Assembly: GCF_055900595.2 (NCBI RefSeq)
Contig: NZ_JBVWEU010000008.1
Reading direction: 5' to 3' (one strand)
DNA length: 5,166 nucleotides
From: a plasmid
Shown: positions 1 through 4,842 of the stretch, one piece after another
How positions within the stretch are numbered: position 1 is the first letter of the stretch
Layout of the letters: each line of letters opens with the position of its first letter
Program-made: the position numbers and the translations under genes
The notes under the pieces: model-generated
The model's database searches: none
What the model saw: only the letters and a program-made list of their open reading frames with translations
What the model was told of the DNA's origin: nothing

Positions 1-485
1 TCCAGTGTCACAACTTTCTGATACACCGCCGCTGTGGCGTTGTAGTTCCTGTCGAGTATTGTTTTCATTCCCCATCCGAGCACACAGAACATAACCAGAA
101 AAGCCACTGACACCCCACCCAGCCATTTCCAGCTATACCCTTTAAGGGTGTTGTATTCCTGCACGATATTGCTGTGAATTGTCGCAATATCCCTGTTCAG
201 GGCATCCGCGTTTGCCTTCATGTTTGCGACTGACTCTTCCAGCCGCTGAAAATCCTGGCTGATGCGCTCACCTATCAGTCCTGCCACGTCCAGCTTCTGC
301 ACCTCATTTCTGACTTCATCCCTGACCTGTTTTGCCACACCGTCAGAAATATCCCGATATCCGCGAAGAGTTTCCCTTGCCACAGCCAGAGAATCAGCAA
401 CAGCTTTCTGTTGCTCCATTGCGGTATGTTGCAGATGCTCCACCGATAACAGGAGCGTGAGTAATTTTTCTTCTGTGCTGGCCAT
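1..485 (-). CDS. mobB: MobB-like mobilization accessory protein (partial; 3' end beyond window start)
   Basis: Minus-strand ATG at 485..483 lies 2 nt after the mobA stop (TGA-AC-ATG). Frame stays open to position 1 (161 codons, MASTEEKLLTLLLSVEHLQ...). Hydrophobic segment WLGGVSVAFLVMFCVLGWG near the window edge suggests a membrane anchor. Position directly downstream of a MOBQ relaxase fits MobB. Not in the supplied ORF track because it runs off the window. Confidence 0.7.
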   Translation of the reverse strand, partial: MASTEEKLLTLLLSVEHLQHTAMEQQKAVADSLAVARETLRGYRDISDGVAKQVRDEVRNEVQKLDVAGLIGERISQDFQRLEESVANMKANADALNRDIATIHSNIVQEYNTLKGYSWKWLGGVSVAFLVMFCVLGWGMKTILDRNYNATAAVYQKVVTL

Positions 486-487
486 GT

Positions 488-1414
488 TCAGAATCCCATA
501 GAAAATCCACGTGACGGTGATTTAACCCGTTCAGGTGCAGTTCGGTTCTGTCTGCTCACTCTGTCTCTCATGTCAAAGCCATGCTCCCGCGCAACATCAT
601 GTTGCAGCCTTCTGACCAGTTCATGTTGCTTAACCGGAGTGTCCAGCCATTCCCTGATGTCATGCCCGACCGTTCGCGCCTGTTCAAGATGGCGGGAATA
701 GTCCGGTTCAGACCGTTTTTGCATGATGTCATGACGCTGGGCATCATCAAGCCGTCCGGCAGCTTCAAAACCCAGATGCACTTCGGGACGTCGTTCAATG
801 CCCTGTTCTTTCAGCGTCCGGCAGTCAATGAAGCCCCTTTCAAAGCCATGCTTTCTCATATGTTCGTTGTGCTTCACCTCCCAGCGTTTTCGCAATTCCC
901 GCAACTGCTCTTTTTGCTGAGTGAGAGTCAGGCTTCCGGAATCCTTTTTCGCACCTCCCCGCTCGGGATACCTGGCGTTATAGCGCCGGAAATACTGTTC
1001 CGGTGTACGTTCAATGCCATCATTCACACGCTGACTCATCATGATATGCGCATGAGGCTGTTCGCCGCCGTCAATGCTCGCTTTCGGATTGTGAATGGCA
1101 AAACTCCAGGCGTGCCGTTCGCCAGCTTCCTGACGTACAAAATCCTGCACCAGTTCAAGGCGCTGTTCCGGTGTCAGTTCACGGGGTAATGCAATTTCAA
1201 GTTCCCTATAGGTCGAACCGTTCGCACGTTCAAACTGGTCAGCCGCCTGCCAGAAATGGGAAGGATTATCCCTGGCCCATTCCGGCATGTTTCCGTGTGC
1301 GGAATATTCCAAATCCTGACGGTCGCGGTATTTCTCTTTGCGCTCGATGTAATCGGCGTGGTTTGCAGCCTGCCCCTTGCCACCAAATTTAACGCTGAGG
1401 TGATAGGTTGCCAC
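488..1414 (-). CDS. mobA: MOBQ-family relaxase MobA (relaxase domain only, 308 aa)
   Basis: 308-aa ORF with GTG start and GAGGG about 8 nt upstream. N-terminus MATYHLSVKF...ADYIERKEKY (catalytic Tyr region), ERANG, EIALPREL and HAHIMMSQRVNDGIER (histidine-triad motif) match my recollection of RSF1010 MobA-type relaxases. No primase-like C-terminal extension. Confidence 0.85.
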   Translation of the reverse strand: MATYHLSVKFGGKGQAANHADYIERKEKYRDRQDLEYSAHGNMPEWARDNPSHFWQAADQFERANGSTYRELEIALPRELTPEQRLELVQDFVRQEAGERHAWSFAIHNPKASIDGGEQPHAHIMMSQRVNDGIERTPEQYFRRYNARYPERGGAKKDSGSLTLTQQKEQLRELRKRWEVKHNEHMRKHGFERGFIDCRTLKEQGIERRPEVHLGFEAAGRLDDAQRHDIMQKRSEPDYSRHLEQARTVGHDIREWLDTPVKQHELVRRLQHDVAREHGFDMRDRVSRQNRTAPERVKSPSRGFSMGF

Positions 1415-1439
1415 GGTTTCAGCCCTCTGCAGGAGCGCA

Positions 1440-1480
1440 CTGTTTCTCGACGAAGGAGAGAAACATATAAGTGCGCTTCC
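1440..1480. other. oriT: oriT, RSF1010/MOBQ type (inverted repeat plus nic-site consensus)
   Basis: 8-bp inverted repeat TGTTTCTC (1441-1448) / GAGAAACA (1458-1465), followed by TAAGTGCGC (1468-1476). This closely resembles the RSF1010 oriT core as I recall it (GTTTCTCGAAGAGAAAC...TAAGTGCGCCCT, nick after TAAGTGCG). Lies between divergent mobA and mobC. Confidence 0.6.
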
Positions 1481-1590
1481 TTCTAATTTTACGAATTAGC
1501 ACGGAAGATACCCCCTGCACCCGCCGACCGCAAGCGATATACTGCACGACCACAACACACCGCAAAAAAACACCAGGGAGCATCACGAAC

Positions 1591-1989
1591 ATGCGCATCA
1601 GCAACATCGAATGGCTGAAGAAACGGATCGGATTCATCAGGAAGCTCGGAGAACAGACCGCACGACAGAGACAGATTATTGACCTGATCGACAACGAAGC
1701 CGGACTCACAGAACAGGAACGCAAACTTCTCCACGTACTGGCAACAGCGGAAAAAAACGACTTACAGGCACAGGAGAGCGAACGAAAACAGGCGGTCCAA
1801 AAACGAATCGAGGGAAAAAAACAACGACGGGAACGCAATCACCGGCTCTTTCTCGCGGCTGGGCTACTGATCGAAGCAGGACTGGTAGACACAAAAACAG
1901 GCGAGCTATGCTATAAAAAAGACAGGATATTACAGGCACTTAAGGAACTTAAGTACGATCTGGAGACATCCCCAAACCCAGACGCGTAA
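1591..1989 (+). CDS. mobC: MobC-like relaxosome accessory protein (132 aa)
   Basis: ATG at 1591 with GGGAG SD (1576-1580) 10 nt upstream; TAA at 1987-1989. Divergent from mobA across oriT, as in RSF1010. Segment KKQRRERNHRLFLAAGLLIEAGL resembles the conserved basic/hydrophobic core of RSF1010 MobC as recalled. The track ORF 1471..1989 (GTG start, no SD) is probably an artefactual N-terminal extension. Confidence 0.65.
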   Translation: MRISNIEWLKKRIGFIRKLGEQTARQRQIIDLIDNEAGLTEQERKLLHVLATAEKNDLQAQESERKQAVQKRIEGKKQRRERNHRLFLAAGLLIEAGLVDTKTGELCYKKDRILQALKELKYDLETSPNPDA

Positions 1990-2015
1990 GTGCCTCCATC
2001 CGTGTTCCGATTCCC

Positions 2016-2075
2016 TGGTGCTTCCTCGCTCATTCGCTCGCTACGCTCGGTCATGAGACTGCGGCGAGCACTACC
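2016..2075. other. ssi: Primosome assembly site (PriA-dependent ssi/pas), pBR322-like
   Basis: CTTCCTCGCTCATTCGCTCGCTACGCTCGGTCATGAGACTGCGGCGAGC is strongly similar to the ColE1/pBR322 sequence TTCCTCGCTCACTGACTCGCTGCGCTCGGTCGTTCGGCTGCGGCGAGCGG (recalled from common cloning-vector sequence), which corresponds to the n'-pas region. ColE2 plasmids are reported to carry ssi signals. Confidence 0.45.
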
Positions 2076-2139
2076 ACCACAATCACGCGGAAAGCCGCGC
2101 CATTGCAGGGCTGAACGGGGAAAAACGGCAAAAAACCTG

Positions 2140-2197
2140 CTGCTCAAAAAGACGCCAGAAAGGCGCTGTTATCTGATATAGGCTTATTTGGTCTACT
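2140..2197 (-). other. ori: ColE2-type origin of replication (Rep-binding / primer RNA site)
   Basis: Directly 3' of rep and overlapping its stop codon. The rep-sense strand reads TAGACCAAATAAGCCTATATCAGATAACAGCGCCTTTCTGGCGTCTTTTTGAGCAGC, which matches my recollection of the ColE2-P9 minimal origin (AGACCAGATAAGCC..TATCAGATAACAGCGCC..TTTGGCG). Confidence 0.6.
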
Positions 2198-3107
2198 CTA
2201 CGAGACCTCGTTTTTTCAGTTGGTAATACCAGGCGCGACTGATCCCTAATGCCTCCCACGGTTTCAGCGTGCGTGCAGATGTAGCTACTGTGCTGCGCTT
2301 AGACTTAGAACCGCCCTTGCGACCGCGTGCAGCCTGAATTTCTGGCGTGTGCGTATCAGCCACATACTGTGCGAAAGTTTCCGGCGTGAAGTTCCTGTGC
2401 GTGTATTTCGCAATGCTCTTGCCAATAGCCCGACATTCAGCCAGTGAAAGCGGAACGGGAAGCGATGCATTGTACATTTCGACACGCTGGATCACCGCTT
2501 CAAGCCACTGTGAGAACGCTGGCCAGCCCTGACGAATCGCCCTGTAAGCCCATTTGCGCGTCATTTCGAACAGGTGGCAGTTTCGCCCCATCCCGTAATG
2601 TTTATCGATGCTACGACGCTCTGAGGCGCTCAAATCGAGATAATCAGCCAGTTCATCGAGGGTATAGGCTTCCTCGCGCCACTCCATCACCAGCCATTCC
2701 AGGTGGAACGGATTTTTGCAAATCAGGCCGCTGTAGTTCACATCCGCACAAAGTTTCTCACACAGCGAACGTTCAACCGCTGCGGCATATTTCAGCGCCT
2801 TAACCGAGGCATCAGGCGCGGTTCTCACGGCGATGTTGAGTGCGTAGAGCAGGTGAGCGTGTCCGTTCACAGGATTTTTAACGGTGATGTTCGGCGCGGG
2901 AGCGTTCCGGTCGCTCCAGTCAATCGCAGCCCCCTCGCGGTCAACGTCAAAAACCAGCCAGAACTGTGCATGAGGCTGGTTCTGCTGGATATACCGTGCA
3001 AGAAGCGCGCGCCCTTTGCCGGAGATACGAAGGCCGAAAGCGAGATCATCCGTGTGATAGGGACGGTGGGGTAAATTTTCTTCGAAGTATTGAAGCGCGG
3101 CGCTCAT
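2193..3107 (-). CDS. rep: ColE2-type replication initiator Rep (primase-like, 304 aa)
   Basis: 304-aa ORF, ATG at 3107..3105 with AAGGA SD 10 nt upstream. Sequence (MSAALQYFEENLPHRPY..., FDVDREGAAIDWSDRNAPAPNITVKNPVNGHAHLLYAL, GKSIAKYTHR) matches my memory of the ColE2/ColE3 Rep family. Origin-like sequence lies immediately downstream, as in ColE2. Confidence 0.85.
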   Translation of the reverse strand: MSAALQYFEENLPHRPYHTDDLAFGLRISGKGRALLARYIQQNQPHAQFWLVFDVDREGAAIDWSDRNAPAPNITVKNPVNGHAHLLYALNIAVRTAPDASVKALKYAAAVERSLCEKLCADVNYSGLICKNPFHLEWLVMEWREEAYTLDELADYLDLSASERRSIDKHYGMGRNCHLFEMTRKWAYRAIRQGWPAFSQWLEAVIQRVEMYNASLPVPLSLAECRAIGKSIAKYTHRNFTPETFAQYVADTHTPEIQAARGRKGGSKSKRSTVATSARTLKPWEALGISRAWYYQLKKRGLVE

Positions 3108-3124
3108 GTGTTACGATTCCTTCC

Positions 3125-3203
3125 AGGTTATCGACCGACATCGCCCCTGTATTTTCGTGAAAGTCTTGGCGGATAGACACGAATTTCAGGGGCGTTTGTT
3201 TTT
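3125..3203 (+). ncRNA. Putative antisense RNA (RNAI-like) complementary to the rep mRNA leader
   Basis: Bipartite hairpin: outer stem CGCCCCTG (3142-3149) / CAGGGGCG (3187-3194), inner stem TTCGTG (3154-3159) / CACGAA (3178-3183), followed by TTTGTTTTT (3195-3203) on the + strand only. Candidate + promoter TTGAAG (3090-3095), 16-nt spacer, TGT-TACGAT (3109-3117) overlaps the rep start. The 5' end is a guess. Confidence 0.4.
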
Positions 3204-3262
3204 CAGTCGCTTACACTACCCCCAACGACAAAACCTGTCGAGCCTTCCCGCAAATCCGATCC

Positions 3263-3290
3263 ATTTACCATAACTCCCGTTGTACGTACC
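3263..3290 (-). other. cer-like XerC/XerD recombination core (multimer resolution site)
   Basis: Minus strand reads GGTACGTACAA-CGGGAG-TTATGGTAAAT. XerD arm is identical to the ColE1 cer XerD site (TTATGGTAAAT); XerC arm is 10/11 to cer GGTGCGTACAA. Central region is 6 bp. Confidence 0.65.
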
Positions 3291-3391
3291 ATGTAAAACG
3301 CCCTCAATCGCTTTCTGGCGCAAAAAACGCAAAAAGACAAGAAAACACCAGGCCAAACCAGAAAAACGCGTCAGAAACGTTTTCAGAGCGT

Positions 3392-3405
3392 TGCATAACT
3401 ATGCA
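3392..3405. promoter_or_regulatory. ARG-box-like palindrome (possible ArgR accessory site of the cer-like locus)
   Basis: TGCATA-AC-TATGCA palindrome, about 120 bp from the Xer crossover region on the XerC side, where cer carries its ArgR site. Pattern TGnAT-N4-ATnCA versus ARG-box TGAAT-N4-ATTCA. Confidence 0.3.
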
Positions 3406-3532
3406 CGAAAGCGATGTGCGATCGGTTTCGTGCGTTCTGAACACCGAACGGCTCAAAACGACAAGTTTTCTCCCCTGGTGCGTGGCGCTCTGACGGGGTT
3501 TCCTGTTTCCAAACTTCACATCTCGCCAGGAC

Positions 3533-3556
3533 AAAAAAAAACCGACCTGGGGTCGG
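3533..3556 (-). terminator. Rho-independent terminator (minus strand)
   Basis: Minus strand: CCGACC-CCA-GGTCGG followed by 9 T (seen on + as A9 then CCGACCTGGGGTCGG). Confidence 0.55.
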
Positions 3557-3691
3557 TGGCAAGAATCAGAGTCTATGGGAAATATTTTAGTTATCGGATG
3601 CTCAATATTCACAAACGCAAAAAATGCCTCAGTGATGCCCTAAAACAACCTTTCCAGAAGGAGTCCGCGCTTTACGATGCACGGAAGAGAT

Positions 3692-3713
3692 AAAAAACCC
3701 CACAAAAGTGGGG
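3692..3713 (-). terminator. Rho-independent terminator (minus strand) at the backbone/AT-rich boundary
   Basis: Minus strand: CCCCAC-TTTT-GTGGGG followed by TTTTTT. Confidence 0.5.
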
Positions 3714-3940
3714 AACCAAGAGAAACAACAATTACAGGTTGTTGGTTGTGTTCGAACAACGATGAAGTAGCTACGCTAAATAATAATTACCGTACAGGCC
3801 CTACATATTCAACACTAAATTTAAGATCCTGACGAAGGATTTATAAATGCACGAAAACACATAGACAGACAAATTCACTAAATTCATACACAAAAACAAG
3901 TGTAGTTTTCTAAGTAAATTAGATTCGACAACCAATTAGT

Positions 3941-3949
3941 TTATCCACA
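3941..3949 (+). promoter_or_regulatory. DnaA box consensus (TTATCCACA)
   Basis: Exact 9-mer TTATCCACA inside the A/C-rich tract. Only one copy seen, so function is unproven. Confidence 0.3.
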
Positions 3950-4097
3950 TCGCATTCCACTCTTGCTACACCAATCACATTTCTTGATATGTAATAGCAG
4001 AAAAAATAAAACCAGACACCAATAGACCAAAAAACAAACATTCAACAAGAAACATTTTGAACAATATCACAAAACTGTCACAACCATCATCAGACTT

Positions 4098-4126
4098 TTG
4101 AAAAAAACTGGTTGCTGTTTTATAAA
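4098..4126 (+). promoter_or_regulatory. Candidate sigma70 promoter (TTGAAA, 17-nt spacer, TATAAA)
   Basis: -35 TTGAAA at 4098-4103, 17-nt spacer, -10 TATAAA at 4121-4126. About 105 nt upstream of the + strand terminator at 4212-4236. Confidence 0.35.
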
Positions 4127-4132
4127 AGCGAC

Positions 4133-4237
4133 TGTAACAACCTCCACTCTATAGTTCCATTAGTTTAAAGTGTCACACAAACTGAGCATCCATTTGTTTT
4201 CCTTACTTTTGCCCCTGTATTCCAAGGGGTTTTTTTA
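4133..4237 (+). ncRNA. Candidate small RNA, module 1 (promoter to terminator, about 105 nt, no ORF)
   Basis: Predicted start about 7 nt after the -10 at 4121-4126. Contains ACACAAAC, then TTTTCCTTAC (4197-4206), then terminator hairpin. No ATG in the interval. Confidence 0.3.
4212..4236 (+). terminator. Rho-independent terminator (plus strand), module 1
   Basis: CCCCT (4212-4216) / AGGGG (4225-4229) stem with 8-nt loop, followed by TTTTTTT (4230-4236). Preceded by TCCTTAC at 4200-4206. Confidence 0.5.
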
Positions 4238-4467
4238 TAACTTAAAGATTAGCACACCACACAAAAACAATAAAAAAAAACGACAAGTTATACAATAAAA
4301 CCAGTACCATCCATACAGCTAATTACATATAAATACTATTAAACCATCTGGACATTAAAAATAAACTCTTATAACATAAAATTAATGCGGTTCCGGTACC
4401 ATATGTCAGGGATAATGTGCAAATGGAGGTATCGGAACTGCATTTCAGTTCATTATTAATTAATGAC

Positions 4468-4494
4468 AAAAAAAAACCTCTGCGAGCGCAGAGG
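4468..4494 (-). terminator. Rho-independent terminator (minus strand), module 3
   Basis: Minus strand: CCTCTGC-GCTC-GCAGAGG followed by 9 T (+ strand A-run 4468-4476). Preceded on the minus strand by TCCTTAC (+ coordinates 4503..4497). Confidence 0.65.
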
Positions 4495-4526
4495 GGGTAA
4501 GGAATGTTCCCGGTCATAATATGTCG
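4468..4526 (-). ncRNA. Candidate small RNA, module 3 (about 60 nt)
   Basis: Runs from the candidate minus-strand promoter (4533-4561) to the terminator at 4468-4494. Contains ATTCCTTACCCCC immediately 5' of the hairpin. Confidence 0.3.
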
Positions 4527-4532
4527 ATAGTG

Positions 4533-4561
4533 TTTATATACATACAGAACAAGAACAACAA
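4533..4561 (-). promoter_or_regulatory. Candidate sigma70 promoter on minus strand (TTGTTG, 17-nt spacer, TATAAA)
   Basis: Minus strand -35 TTGTTG (+ 4561..4556), 17-nt spacer, -10 TATAAA (+ 4538..4533). Directs transcription toward the 4468-4494 terminator. Confidence 0.35.
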
Positions 4562-4713
4562 CCAGCCAACTAATAAATATTTTATTTTTTAGAGCTGAAA
4601 CCTTAAAGCTCACTTCCATTCCATACATTGTTATAAACCTTATGTTGAAAACTGAAAGTAAGTACGGCAGACTTATTAAGTTGCGTGCAGTCTTTTCACG
4701 TTATACAAACAAG

Positions 4714-4770
4714 AACACCTGCGAAGTTATTTCTCCTTACATATCCCCCTATGCCAACGGGGGATTTTTT
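4714..4770 (+). ncRNA. Candidate small RNA, module 2 / possible leader of the 69-aa ORF
   Basis: Weak promoter TTGCGT (4681-4686), 15-nt spacer, TATACA (4702-4707). Transcript would contain TTCTCCTTAC (4731-4740), then ATAT, then the 4743-4770 hairpin and T-run. Start is uncertain. Confidence 0.25.
4743..4770 (+). terminator. Rho-independent terminator (plus strand), module 2
   Basis: ATCCCCC (4743-4749) / GGGGGAT (4759-4765) stem with 9-nt loop, followed by T-run to 4770. Preceded by TCCTTAC at 4734-4740. Confidence 0.6.
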
Positions 4771-4842
4771 CTGGTTCACTAACGCATAAATAATAGTGAC
4801 ACCCTATCATTCACAAACCGTGATAATATAAGGATTATCATC

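Noticed and set aside
1471-1590. GTG-initiated N-terminal extension of mobC (track ORF 1471..1989)
   Set aside because: The GTG at 1471 lies inside the oriT nic region with no SD. The internal ATG at 1591 has a GGGAG SD at the correct spacing.
262-3160. Track ORFs antisense to or nested within mobB, mobA, mobC and rep (262..501+, 568..798-, 581..1189+, 1171..1392+, 1174..1440-, 1256..1486+, 1419..1838-, 1489..1734-, 1706..1939-, 1911..2147-, 1990..2181+, 2285..2485-, 2347..2532+, 2444..2803+, 2703..3074+, 2867..3049-, 2966..3160+) and 3304..3612-
   Set aside because: They overlap well-supported genes or defined DNA sites (oriT, ssi, ori, Xer site), lack RBSs, and have atypical composition. 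Treated as shadow ORFs.
3280-3693. 137-aa very basic + strand ORF (TTG start)
   Set aside because: Starts inside the Xer core, has no RBS, spans the A-tract-rich cer-like accessory region and a minus-strand terminator. The K/R-rich translation is an artefact of A-rich DNA.
3999-4305. Short repeated words (AATAAAACCAG at about 4005 and 4294; AAATTCA twice at 3871-3886) as possible iterons
   Set aside because: Only 7-11 bp, in low-complexity A-rich DNA, with no regular spacing; consistent with chance.
4536-4560. Possible LexA/SOS box (CTGT-N8-ACAG) near CTGTATGTATATAAACAC on the minus strand
   Set aside because: The second half-site is AAAC rather than ACAG, a poor match.
4323-4628. 101-aa minus-strand ORF with a hydrophobic stretch (IFISWLVVVLVLYVY) that could be read as a small membrane or type I toxin-like peptide
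   Set aside because: A strong minus-strand intrinsic terminator (4468-4494) and the candidate promoter (4533-4561) both lie inside the ORF. The hydrophobic stretch is expected from translating a T/G-rich strand. A transcript ending at the terminator would lack a stop codon. Kept only as a low-probability alternative.
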